24,589 nucleotides of DNA from Pseudomonadota bacterium (GCA_039799905.1 JBDLRP010000005.1:1-24589); one strand, 5' to 3'; positions 1 to 11,731 are shown, counted from the first letter of the stretch. The notes: generated from the letters alone by a model not told the origin. Program-made: numbers and translations.

Positions 1-2
1 CT

Positions 3-65
3 CTCGGTGCCGGAGATGTGCAGTCCGTAGGCCCCCGTCTCCTGCGGGAATTGAGTGTTTTGTGA
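3..65 (+). CDS. murC: 3' end of UDP-N-acetylmuramate--L-alanine ligase (partial, runs off the window edge)
   Basis: Not in the ORF track. Frame 3 reads LGAGDVQSVGPRLLRELSVL*, matching the MurC C-terminal (L)GAGD(I/V) motif. It lies directly upstream of ftsQ-ftsA-ftsZ. Confidence 0.7.
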   Translation, partial: LGAGDVQSVGPRLLRELSVL

Positions 66-71
66 GGAGTC

Positions 72-1193
72 ATGTCGCAACTCAAAAAGCAGACAATCGC
101 CGCGCGGAAACAAGCGCGACGTAGCAGCACCACAACAGCGAAGTCCGATGGCTCAGCTGTGCACTTTCGTTCTGTTGTTGCTTCCACATGGAGAGCATCT
201 GCGCGCCTTGCGTCATTTATTGCTAAACCTTGTCTTTCGGCAGCGAAAAAGTGGCCAAAATTCTTTTTGGTCGTTGGACTCAGCCTACTGACCATTACGG
301 CCGCTGGTTATGGCGCTTCGCGTGTCGTTGGTTCCATACGCCAGGCCCTTCCCGAGTCGTTTGAGGTCAACACACCACGCGCCGATTTGTTGGAGTCGAT
401 TTCCCGCATTTCACGTGAGACGATCGCAACAGCTCGGAATGAGCGCTGGAACCGCACTACACTCACCGACAAATTACTTTCCCGCATCAGTCTCGTCGAC
501 GGTGTCGATGAGGTGTCACTGCGTGCAGGACTCGATGGGAAGTTAAGAATTGAAGTTGCTGCACAGGCACCGATGCTCATCATCGAAGGCAAAGGCAGCG
601 AGCGAATCCTCGTGGGAAGTAAATTCAAAATTATTTCACGCAGTGTCGGAACAAGCGAGTACCCACAGCTGCCGGTCCTTGAAGCAACAGATCTTCCTCT
701 GAATGTAAACTCAAACAGAGAAAAGAGACGCACACAAACGGGAGTCTTCGTCCGTCCTGCATCGGTCTCGTCGGCAAACATCCGCTGGCTGAGCCAGCAG
801 ACGCTCCGGATCCATGGTCTTTTTGCGTCCGACAAGCTCAACACCGAGCTGGAGAAAATCAACTGGCGTGCAGGCACAGGGTTTTCGGTCGTGCTCAAAC
901 ACAAAGATCATCGACCTGCACAAGTTGAAAATTCCAGCCAGACTGCCATCGCCGTTCCGGCTTCTGCCCAACAATCCTTGCAAATGGTCGAGGCGCCTGC
1001 TGCGCCACTCCTCACGACTGTCATTCTTGGCGAAGGACAACTCAACGAAAAATATGAGCGGCTCGTTCAGGTCATGCAGGATTTGCGGCTCAAGAAGAAC
1101 GCGGTCGAACAGATTGATTTGGGGTATGCCGACAAGGCCATTATCCGCATGTCGGAAAATCTCTCGGAAGCAAAGCGCGGAGGAATCCAATGA
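72..1193 (+). CDS. ftsQ: Divergent cell division protein FtsQ/DivIB
   Basis: RBS GAGGAG just before the ATG. Basic N-terminus, one TM segment (FFLVVGLSLLTITAAGYGA), POTRA-like end (VDEVSLRAGLDGKLRIEVAAQAP) and C-terminal IDLGY (cf. DLRY). Position between murC and ftsA, with ATGA overlap into ftsA. Confidence 0.75.
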   Translation: MSQLKKQTIAARKQARRSSTTTAKSDGSAVHFRSVVASTWRASARLASFIAKPCLSAAKKWPKFFLVVGLSLLTITAAGYGASRVVGSIRQALPESFEVNTPRADLLESISRISRETIATARNERWNRTTLTDKLLSRISLVDGVDEVSLRAGLDGKLRIEVAAQAPMLIIEGKGSERILVGSKFKIISRSVGTSEYPQLPVLEATDLPLNVNSNREKRRTQTGVFVRPASVSSANIRWLSQQTLRIHGLFASDKLNTELEKINWRAGTGFSVVLKHKDHRPAQVENSSQTAIAVPASAQQSLQMVEAPAAPLLTTVILGEGQLNEKYERLVQVMQDLRLKKNAVEQIDLGYADKAIIRMSENLSEAKRGGIQ

Positions 1194-2533
1194 CCGAAAG
1201 CAAGGGCAAGAGCGACTTCTCAGTCGGCCTCAACATTGGTTCTAGTCAATCGCGAATTGTCGTCGGAATGGCTCACATCGATTCAAATGAGATGCTCAGC
1301 GGCTTCTCCGCGCACGGCGGATATGCGTTCGGCGAGGAAGAAGGCCCTGAACAGGCACGTCATTCGAGCAGATCGTTTCATATTGTCGCTGCGGCCGAGG
1401 CCTCGCACAATGGAATCCGGCGCGGCAGCATGGTGGATCTCGAGTCGATTGCGCAATCAATCCGTGAAGTGGTGGACGAAGTCGAAAGACAATCAGGACT
1501 CGAACTTGATCAGGTGCGCGTCAGCCTTTCGAGCACAAGCGCCGTGTCGGAGAATTTTACTGAATCCCTTGCACTCAAAGGCAGTGATGTTCGCGAAAGC
1601 GATCGCGACCGGCTTTTGCAAATGGCAAAGGCTCACGGCGTACAGCCGGGTCTTGAGCAGATTTCCACGCTGACCGGACACTTCATAGTCGACGGTCGCC
1701 CCGGCATCACCAATCCGGTCGGAATGTTCGGAAATTCTCTTGGCGGACTCTTTCATCGCATCGCCGTTCCCGAAGGAGACCTGCAGAACATCATACGTGC
1801 TGTGAACAAGGCCGGACTTCACGTCGAATCGGTTGGCTTCGAATCACTTGCAGCTGCAGAGGCCGTGCTGGATTCAGACGAACGTGAGATGGGCTCAGTG
1901 TGTATCAATTTCGGTGCGCATCTCACACATGTGGTGGTCTATTCGTCTGGCACACCGATCTTCAGCAAAGATTTCCCCTTCGGTTCGCACCACATTACCA
2001 AGGACATCGCGATCGGATTGCGCATTACTCAAACCGAGGCCGAAAGAATCAAGAGGGATTTCGCACAGGCATATTTCAACCCACAGGACGCACATGAAAC
2101 CTTTTCTGTGCAGACTGCCGAGCATTTGGGTGGCTCCCGGCAATTCACGCGTGGCCAACTGATGCACATTGTTGAACCGCGGGTTCGCGAGATCCTGTCA
2201 TTCATCCACACAGAGCTGCGTAAACTCAAGGTCACCCAGTTCATCTCAAAAGGAGTTGTTCTTACGGGTGGAGGCTCACTTCTCCCCGGCTTGTGCTGGG
2301 TTGCCGAGGAGGTGTTTGGTGTCAGTGCGCGTGTCGGCTATCCATTGAATTTGACAGGAGTTACTGAAGGTCTTCGTTCGCCCATGTGCACGTCCACAAT
2401 TGGTTTGCTCTCTCCCCTGTTCCAGTCGGAGGAGGAACCTAGCAACGGCTCCTGGAAAAATGTCCGCGGTGGTCTCATGGGTTGGGCCCGCTCGCTCATC
2501 GACAAGATACGAGAACCAAACGAAATTAGCTGA
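1190..2533 (+). CDS. ftsA: Cell division protein FtsA
   Basis: GIRRGSMVD, NPVGMFG, HITKDIAIGL, AERIK and GVVLTGGGSLL motifs; C-terminal amphipathic helix GLMGWARSLIDKI; directly upstream of ftsZ. Confidence 0.95.
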   Translation: MTESKGKSDFSVGLNIGSSQSRIVVGMAHIDSNEMLSGFSAHGGYAFGEEEGPEQARHSSRSFHIVAAAEASHNGIRRGSMVDLESIAQSIREVVDEVERQSGLELDQVRVSLSSTSAVSENFTESLALKGSDVRESDRDRLLQMAKAHGVQPGLEQISTLTGHFIVDGRPGITNPVGMFGNSLGGLFHRIAVPEGDLQNIIRAVNKAGLHVESVGFESLAAAEAVLDSDEREMGSVCINFGAHLTHVVVYSSGTPIFSKDFPFGSHHITKDIAIGLRITQTEAERIKRDFAQAYFNPQDAHETFSVQTAEHLGGSRQFTRGQLMHIVEPRVREILSFIHTELRKLKVTQFISKGVVLTGGGSLLPGLCWVAEEVFGVSARVGYPLNLTGVTEGLRSPMCTSTIGLLSPLFQSEEEPSNGSWKNVRGGLMGWARSLIDKIREPNEIS

Positions 2534-2586
2534 GTTTAAAGTTTTTTCTCAAAACTGACGAAGAGACGTGGTCTCTCCGGAATCGG

Positions 2587-2619
2587 GTCGGGTCAGCTCG
2601 CTGACTCGACTTTTTTTTT
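2587..2619 (+). terminator. Intrinsic terminator between ftsA and ftsZ
   Basis: 10-bp stem GTCGGGTCAG/CTGACTCGAC (one G-U pair), CTCG loop, then a T9 tract. Confidence 0.85.
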
Positions 2620-2682
2620 GCCAGTTTTTTGACAGTGAGAGTCAATTTTTGGACCTCTTTGTTAAGGAATTACGCTGAAATC

Positions 2683-2712
2683 TTTACACGGCAAAGTTCG
2701 CCCACCTATACT
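2683..2712 (+). promoter_or_regulatory. Putative sigma70-type ftsZ promoter
   Basis: TTTACA-N18-TATACT downstream of the terminator and about 60 nt before the ftsZ ATG; RBS GAGGAG before 2772. Confidence 0.55.
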
Positions 2713-2771
2713 TTCTAATATCCGCAGAAACAGTTCGACGTGCGCCTGTCGGCACAGAGGAGCAAACCACC

Positions 2772-4634
2772 ATGCTTGAACGTGATAAGTTTTCATCGAA
2801 TGCAGTCATTAAGGTTATCGGCGTCGGCGGTGCTGGCGGAAACGCAATCAACACGATGATCGAACAAGGCCTTTCGGGCGTTGAGTTTATCGCAGCGAAC
2901 ACCGACGTGCAGGCGCTTGCCTCCAATCTCGCGCCAGTCAAAATTCAGCTCGGCCGCGAACTCACCAAGGGCCTCGGAGCTGGTGCTAATCCGGAAGTAG
3001 GCCGTGATGCTGCTTTGGAAGATAAAGCAATTATTCAAGAAGTTCTCTCCGGTGCTGATATGGTCTTCGTAACAGCGGGTACAGGCGGCGGTACTGGTAC
3101 CGGTGCGGCTCCGATTATTGCCCAAGTCGCGCGAGAAATCGGTGCACTGACCGTCGGCGTTGTCACTAAGCCCTTTTCTTTCGAGGGCAAGCGCCGAAAA
3201 ATTCATTCCGAACAGGGAATTCAGTCTCTCAAAAGCTGCGTCGACACCCTCATCACAATCCCCAATCAGCGCCTGCTGAGCATCGCGCCGCCGCAAATGT
3301 CGATGCTCGATGGTTTCAAGCTCGCGGATGAAGTCCTGCTCAATGCGGTGAAGGGAATTTCAGACATCATCAATATTCCGGGCCGCGTTAACGTGGACTT
3401 CGCCGACGTCCGGACGATCATGTCCGAAATGGGTATGGCACTTATGGGTATCGGCACCGCCACTGGCGAAAGCCGTGCTATTGAGGCCGCACGTGCAGCA
3501 ATAAATTCACCTCTTCTCGAAGATGTCGACATCGAGGGAGCGACTGGAATTCTCATCAACATCACCGGCAGCAGCGGCATGACACTGCATGAAATCAGCG
3601 AGGCCTCTACGCTTATTCAGGAAGCTGTTCACGAAGATGCAAATATCATCTTCGGCTCGGTGGTCGACGAAACGATGGGCGACACTCTACGTGTGACGGT
3701 GATTGCAACCGGCTTCGATCATGCACGCGTCTCACTGCCAGACTCCCATAACAAAATGTATCCGACGGCCGGTGCTGGCTATGGTTACCAAAACGTGAAT
3801 GGAATGGCCGCGACAGGCCATAACCAGCCCTACGGTGCTGCTCAGCCTGCTCATAACCAACGCGGCGGCGTCAACAACTACGGTTATGGCAACGGCCAAA
3901 ATGACCCCCGCCATGCGTCGATGAATCAGAATTCGCAGGCTATGGGACGCAATGACGGCGGACACAATAGCCGCTCGCAAGGCAACCATTTGTCCAACCA
4001 CGGGCAAATAAACCAGCAGCAGCCACAGCATCCGGTCGCTGCGGGTCTCTCGCTTCGCGCACCGTACGAAGTTGGTCAGCCCATCAACAACAACTTCCGC
4101 CGGACGGACGGCTTTCATAACCAACAAACAGACTCCGCAAATCTGAGTTATGGTCGTCAGAATCAACAATCGAGCAACCTCGGCGGCGGCTCCACAACGT
4201 CCTCCAATCAGCAACAATCACATCAGGCCATTGCACTTCAAAACGCTGCGCAGACTGCACACCAGCTGCGCACGGCACTGGCAAGCAACTCGGGTAGCGA
4301 GAATCTGGAAACGAACGCGGGCGACCATGGCAATAACCGCACAACTCAGCTTGGTTCGAAGAACGAATTCGAGGAATTGACCCAATGGACACTCGAGCTG
4401 TCTCGTCAGGCCAACGGGGAAGCGTCGACGGTCTCTGAATCCTTAAGCCACAACGTTGCAGATCCGCTTGCTGGTCTCGCAGATGAACTCAGGAATTCGC
4501 CAAGCGATGAAAGCGATAACGACCGTGCGTTGCGACTCGCGCGTGAACTTGCAGACATCACTCCCGATGAAGGTGATTTCGAGACTCCGGCTTTCCTCCG
4601 CCGCAAAGATGATTCCCTCAATCGCCCTCTTTGA
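2772..4634 (+). CDS. ftsZ: Cell division GTPase FtsZ with a very long C-terminal linker
   Basis: [27 protein letters not shown] and TVIATGF motifs; conserved C-terminal peptide [11 protein letters not shown]. Confidence 0.99.
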   Translation: MLERDKFSSNAVIKVIGVGGAGGNAINTMIEQGLSGVEFIAANTDVQALASNLAPVKIQLGRELTKGLGAGANPEVGRDAALEDKAIIQEVLSGADMVFVTAGTGGGTGTGAAPIIAQVAREIGALTVGVVTKPFSFEGKRRKIHSEQGIQSLKSCVDTLITIPNQRLLSIAPPQMSMLDGFKLADEVLLNAVKGISDIINIPGRVNVDFADVRTIMSEMGMALMGIGTATGESRAIEAARAAINSPLLEDVDIEGATGILINITGSSGMTLHEISEASTLIQEAVHEDANIIFGSVVDETMGDTLRVTVIATGFDHARVSLPDSHNKMYPTAGAGYGYQNVNGMAATGHNQPYGAAQPAHNQRGGVNNYGYGNGQNDPRHASMNQNSQAMGRNDGGHNSRSQGNHLSNHGQINQQQPQHPVAAGLSLRAPYEVGQPINNNFRRTDGFHNQQTDSANLSYGRQNQQSSNLGGGSTTSSNQQQSHQAIALQNAAQTAHQLRTALASNSGSENLETNAGDHGNNRTTQLGSKNEFEELTQWTLELSRQANGEASTVSESLSHNVADPLAGLADELRNSPSDESDNDRALRLARELADITPDEGDFETPAFLRRKDDSLNRPL

Positions 4635-4651
4635 GCGGCATTGAGTAGAAC

Positions 4652-4690
4652 AAAAAAAAGGGGGGCCGTGAGAGCCCCCCTTTTCTCTTT
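4652..4690. terminator. Bidirectional intrinsic terminator between ftsZ and the convergent gene
   Basis: A8, GGGGGGC, 7-nt loop, GCCCCCC, TTTTCTCTTT, located between convergent stop codons. Confidence 0.85.
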
Positions 4691-4703
4691 GCGAACACAA
4701 AAT

Positions 4704-5816
4704 TCAAACCAGAACACCCTCTTCAGCGACCGTTGGCTGATTTGATTCATAAACAGACGGAAAGGAAGTCGAGGAGCTCGCAGTCTTACCGTGCTTTTTG
4801 GCCGAAAAGTCGTTGGCGGGAGTCTGCTCCAGCGTACCGAGAAAATATAGCCAGCTGGCGGCTTCCGGCGAAGGAAAATCGAGTGTGCCGGTGCGTGAGA
4901 GCACCGCAGGAGGAAGGGTCCAGAACTGCTTTCTGGCAGCGTCCATTCGAAGATATCGGTCCCAGCGACATGACATGGTCAACAAGCCCTGATCCAGGAC
5001 TGGAGTGCGGCTCTGCACGCCAGCCGCAATAAGCTCGGGTGAGAGTCTGGACAATGCCGAACGACCATCGAGCCGCGGCTGAACAGGACCATAAATAATG
5101 TCTGAATCGACCGCACAAACCCAAGGCGCTACCGACTCACGATCGAGTTGCTCACCGGGACCTGGAATAGGCAGATTGAGAAAGCTGAGAACTTCGTGGG
5201 TCAGCTTCGCCACACTCGCAAGTCTGGAAGCATGGTTACGGCACTCTTTGGGCAACAAATGGACACCGAAAACCTTGCGTGGAACAAGCCCTGGCTGGCC
5301 TGTTGCTAGCTCCAACAATTCAAAAGTCGGCGCCGACTGCACACAATATATTTCTGGGCCGTCGGTATTCCAAAGTACCTCAAATGCTCCGACAAGTCGC
5401 TGGAAAAATAAATTCATCTCGGCTTTTTGCGTGCGTGAAAGCGATTGCGCCGCCTGCGAACCTTCCCACTGTCCCAGCCAGGGTTTCGGCATGAGAATCA
5501 AGGTCCGCCGTGCAAGATTGAACGCAGGACGCAAGTCCTGCATCAATTTCAAGAGATTTTCGGCAAACAAAAATCCCCAAAGATCCAGCACCAGAAGCGC
5601 AGGCTCACGACGCTCGACCAGCTTTCTTTCCAACGCATCAAAACTGAAGGCATCCACGCGAATCACTTCATCCAAATAGGGAGAGGAAAATTCTGTCGCC
5701 CTGACGCCGGGATCGACCTGAATGCAAATCTGCAGTTTGCGGGTTCCGTTGCTCAACTCGTTGACTACTGATTCAACCACTTTGGGGAGCATTCGCCCCC
5801 AGAAAATCACTCTCAT
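4704..5816 (-). CDS. Hypothetical protein
   Basis: 370-aa ORF. Its ATG overlaps the glycosyltransferase stop (ATGA) and it ends just before the terminator. No family motif recognised. Confidence 0.75.
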   Translation of the reverse strand: MRVIFWGRMLPKVVESVVNELSNGTRKLQICIQVDPGVRATEFSSPYLDEVIRVDAFSFDALERKLVERREPALLVLDLWGFLFAENLLKLMQDLRPAFNLARRTLILMPKPWLGQWEGSQAAQSLSRTQKAEMNLFFQRLVGAFEVLWNTDGPEIYCVQSAPTFELLELATGQPGLVPRKVFGVHLLPKECRNHASRLASVAKLTHEVLSFLNLPIPGPGEQLDRESVAPWVCAVDSDIIYGPVQPRLDGRSALSRLSPELIAAGVQSRTPVLDQGLLTMSCRWDRYLRMDAARKQFWTLPPAVLSRTGTLDFPSPEAASWLYFLGTLEQTPANDFSAKKHGKTASSSTSFPSVYESNQPTVAEEGVLV

Positions 5817-7276
5817 TCCGAAGCCTCCCCGAGAGGATTATTCTGAACCGGTGAAAACAAAACGGACAGCAGGCTTTCAGCTGCTCTCAGCCATCGGAAA
5901 TCTTGTCCACCGCCGCGCTGGCAGATGAACGAACGCGGATATACCGCTGAATTCATCTCCGTCATGAAACTGTCCAAGCCAGATTTGTTTCTCAGAACAG
6001 AAAGCACTGCTTGGCGCCATCGCCCAACGTCATCGGTATCGATGGACTGCCAGAAATCAGGATGAAAGGAATGACCCTTAAAATGCCCGTCAACCGCAGT
6101 ACCACTGCGGAACACAACAGGGAGTCCCGACAGGGCTGCTTCCACAGGTGGAAAGCCAAAACCCTCGGCCTGACTCGGATGAATCAAAACATCACCACAA
6201 CGATAAAGCTGAGCGAGCATCTCGTCAGGCAGCGACTCGATTGTCATCATCAGACCATTCTCGGAACGAGTGACGTTGAAACCTGATTTGGTGGCAGACT
6301 GTTCAGATTTTGCAACGCCCTTCGTATTCGACTTCGACGTTTTAGATTGTCCGTCCTCGTCACCGCCGACACGTATAAAAACAGCTCCCTCGGAGAGATC
6401 ACCGTGGAGTTGTGTGACAACATCCTCTGCCAGATCCCAGCCTTTGTATTTTTGCGCACGCCCGACGCCAATGATCCAACGACGCCTAACGAGTCCATCA
6501 AGCTCACTGCCTGAAGGTGATGCTGCCTGCTCAGAAACGTCGGAAAGTCCTTTGTTGCCAGCGAAAAGTATGTCGAGAAATGAACGTCTTGCGGAAAGCG
6601 AATCGGCAACCGAACGATGGCGGGGAAGCGAACCGAAAATAGACTCAATTCCACTCGGCAAAATATGCACAGGCTGAGTGCGCTTGGGGGCCAAGCGTGC
6701 AAGCCGTTCTGCAGAGTCCGACGAAACCGTAAAGACATATGGAAATTTTGCAAGCGTGCGGCGAACAAGAAAAGAAAACTGAGTTCGAAAGAGAAAGCTC
6801 ATGGAACGAGCCTGCTCTAAGGGAATTGTGTCATGAATGACCTGCACGATGTGATTGCGCAGCGCACGCGGCAACAGGAAAGAGGTCATCAACGGACGAT
6901 CAAAGTTTCCCGGTGCAATCCAGAAGAATTGCCCTTTCGACCACTTCAAAATCCAACTCAAAACTTTGCTGGACCAAAGATACTGCGGCTTGTCCCATCC
7001 CTGAGAAAGTGCGCCAGGTCCACCACTCCAAAACGAAACGATGGTCGGAAATTCCTGAATCAACTCGACAGCCCATGTAGGAGGTTCCGATTTTGCAACC
7101 AAAAGAACACGCACATGGCTCGTCGAGACATCACCGTTGTGCCTGCGGGCGGCAAGAGCTTCGCTCAGCGCGCGCGAAAGACCAATTGAGAATCTCGCGA
7201 CGCCCGAAAATTTCTCCATAGACGCCGAACGGATGTCGATGACCAGCCAAAACGGACGCACGTCACTGCCCGTCAT
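5813..7276 (-). CDS. Glycosyltransferase, GT-B fold family 4
   Basis: HPSQAEGFGFPPVEAALSGLPVV (E-x7-E), VIHDTIPL, GRAQKYKG and SGVARF motifs. Start moved to ATG 7276, which has RBS GGGAG; the longer ORF-track start lies inside a terminator. Confidence 0.88.
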   Translation of the reverse strand: MTGSDVRPFWLVIDIRSASMEKFSGVARFSIGLSRALSEALAARRHNGDVSTSHVRVLLVAKSEPPTWAVELIQEFPTIVSFWSGGPGALSQGWDKPQYLWSSKVLSWILKWSKGQFFWIAPGNFDRPLMTSFLLPRALRNHIVQVIHDTIPLEQARSMSFLFRTQFSFLVRRTLAKFPYVFTVSSDSAERLARLAPKRTQPVHILPSGIESIFGSLPRHRSVADSLSARRSFLDILFAGNKGLSDVSEQAASPSGSELDGLVRRRWIIGVGRAQKYKGWDLAEDVVTQLHGDLSEGAVFIRVGGDEDGQSKTSKSNTKGVAKSEQSATKSGFNVTRSENGLMMTIESLPDEMLAQLYRCGDVLIHPSQAEGFGFPPVEAALSGLPVVFRSGTAVDGHFKGHSFHPDFWQSIDTDDVGRWRQAVLSVLRNKSGLDSFMTEMNSAVYPRSFICQRGGGQDFRWLRAAESLLSVLFSPVQNNPLGEASE

Positions 7277-7291
7277 AGAAAACTCCCAGAC

Positions 7292-7321
7292 AAAAAAAAG
7301 GAGGGACACGAAAGTCCCCCC
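7292..7321 (-). terminator. Intrinsic terminator of the atp operon
   Basis: Minus strand GGGGGGAC-TTTCGT-GTCCCTCC-T8, 40 nt after the atpC stop. Confidence 0.85.
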
Positions 7322-7361
7322 ATTTTAGCACGACAAACAGAAAAATGAGCCCAATCGACGG

Positions 7362-7802
7362 TCAACGACCCGTCGCGTGCAGCGCGGCTGCCTCAATTCT
7401 GGCCATTGCACGTGACTGAGCGGCCACGGCCTCGTGAACCTCTTCCGGAGTCCCGTTGCCTGAACCCACAGTCAACTTCTCACGAGCTTTCTCCAGTGCC
7501 CTCTGAGCACGGCCGACATCGATTGAAGCCGCATCCTCAGCGACGTCCGCCAGCAATGTGACCGACTTGCCGTCAACTTTGCCGATACCGCCAGATATGG
7601 TCAGAAATGACGTCACGTTGTTTGTTTCATAATAAACAATGCCGGTACCCAGCGCGCAGACTAAATCCGCATGTTCGGGCAAAATTCCAAGCACACCCTG
7701 TGCACTTGGAAAGTGCACAGCCGAACAGCCAACCGACTCAACCACACGCCGCGTGGGCGTGAGGACTGTCAGTTGAATCGGGTATTGTTGCGTCGATTGC
7801 AT
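7362..7802 (-). CDS. atpC: ATP synthase F1 epsilon subunit
   Basis: LTVLTP, GVLGILPEHA, ISGG and LADVAE..IDV.RA motifs; follows atpD. Confidence 0.95.
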   Translation of the reverse strand: MQSTQQYPIQLTVLTPTRRVVESVGCSAVHFPSAQGVLGILPEHADLVCALGTGIVYYETNNVTSFLTISGGIGKVDGKSVTLLADVAEDAASIDVGRAQRALEKAREKLTVGSGNGTPEEVHEAVAAQSRAMARIEAAALHATGR

Positions 7803-7831
7803 GACAAGCTACCTCTCAGATGAAAAGCACA

Positions 7832-10207
<2,376 letters not shown>

Positions 10208-10218
<11 letters not shown>

Positions 10219-11728
10219 TGGCGTCAAACCTCTTGGCGAATGCCTCTAGGCCAGCTTTAACCTTGGCTTGAAGCTCATTGCTCATCTTCTTGCCATTGCC
10301 AATCTCGTCGAGGTCGGCACGGTGATTTCTTTCGAAATAATCGAGCATTTGTGTTTCAAATTTACCAACGTGACGCACGTCAACCTCGTCCATCGCACCG
10401 CTTGTTGCAGCAAAAATAACAAGGATCTGCTTCTCAACAGGCATCGGGTTGTACTGAGGTTGCTTGAGGAGTTCCATAAGACGCTGACCGCGGTTGAGCT
10501 GACGTTTGGTCACTGCATCAAGGTCAGAACCGAACTGCGCAAAAGCAGCCAATTCGCGGTACTGAGCGAGCTCGAGACGCAAGCTGCCGGCAACCTGCTT
10601 CATAGCGCCAATCTGTGCCGAACCACCCACGCGGGAAACCGACAAACCGGCGTTAACAGCTGGACGCAGACCCGAGTTGAAGAGATCCGCCTCGAGGTAT
10701 ATCTGACCGTCGGTAATCGAAATCACGTTGGTCGGGATGTAGGCCGACACATCGCCCGCCTGAGTTTCGATGATGGGGAACGCAGTCAAACTGCCCGCGC
10801 CAAGTTCGTCGTTCAGCTTGCACGCACGCTCAAGAAGACGGCTATGCAGATAGAACACGTCACCTGGGTATGCCTCGCGGCCTGGAGGACGGCGCAGGAG
10901 TAGCGAAAGCTCGCGATAGGCCTGAGCGTGTTTGGTCAAGTCGTCATAGAAGATAACGGCGTGTTGACCGTTGTCGCGGAAATACTCGCCCATGGTGCAA
11001 CCGGAATACGGTGCAAGGAACTGAAGTGGCGCGGGGTCAGATGCACCGGCGACGACGATAATGGTGTATTCAAGCGCGCCTGCTTTGCGCAGCTTTTCGA
11101 CGACCTGCGCGACTGTCGAAGCCTTCTGGCCGATAGCAACGTAGATACAAACGACGCCCTTGCCTTTTTGGTTGATGATTGTGTCGAGAGCAACGGCTGT
11201 CTTGCCTGTCTGACGGTCGCCGATGATGAGCTCACGCTGTCCGCGACCAATTGGAATCATGGCGTCGATGGATTTAAGACCCGTCTGGAGCGGCTCATGG
11301 ACGCTCTTACGAGCCATAATGCCAGGTGCCTTAACCTCAACCACAGAGGTTGCATCAGCCTTCACAGGGCCCATTCCGTCGAGCGGCTCACCCATCGCGT
11401 TCACAACGCGACCGAGCAAACCACGGCCGACAGGAACGCGGTTGATTTCAGAAGTACGCTTGACCGTCATTCCCTCGCGGATCTTGTCGGCCTCACCGAA
11501 GATCGCAACACCGACGTTGTCCTCTTCGAGGTTCAAAACCAGTCCCTTGGTTCCATTTTCAAACGTGACTGTCTCAGACGTCATGGCCTTATCCAGGCCG
11601 TAGACGCGTGCGATACCGTCTGCGACTGAAACAACTGTTCCGGTTTCGGCGACTTCAGCAGTCTGTCCGAGAGCCTGAATTTTTTGTTTCAGCAACTGGC
11701 TGATTTCATCAATGCGAATCTGTTCCAT
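10208..11728 (-). CDS. atpA: ATP synthase F1 alpha subunit
   Basis: [23 protein letters not shown] and SVSRVG motifs. Confidence 0.99.
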
Positions 11729-11731
11729 CTC

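Noticed and set aside
407..422. parS-like CATTTCACGTGAGACG inside ftsQ
   Set aside because: Four mismatches to the consensus and within coding sequence; probably chance.
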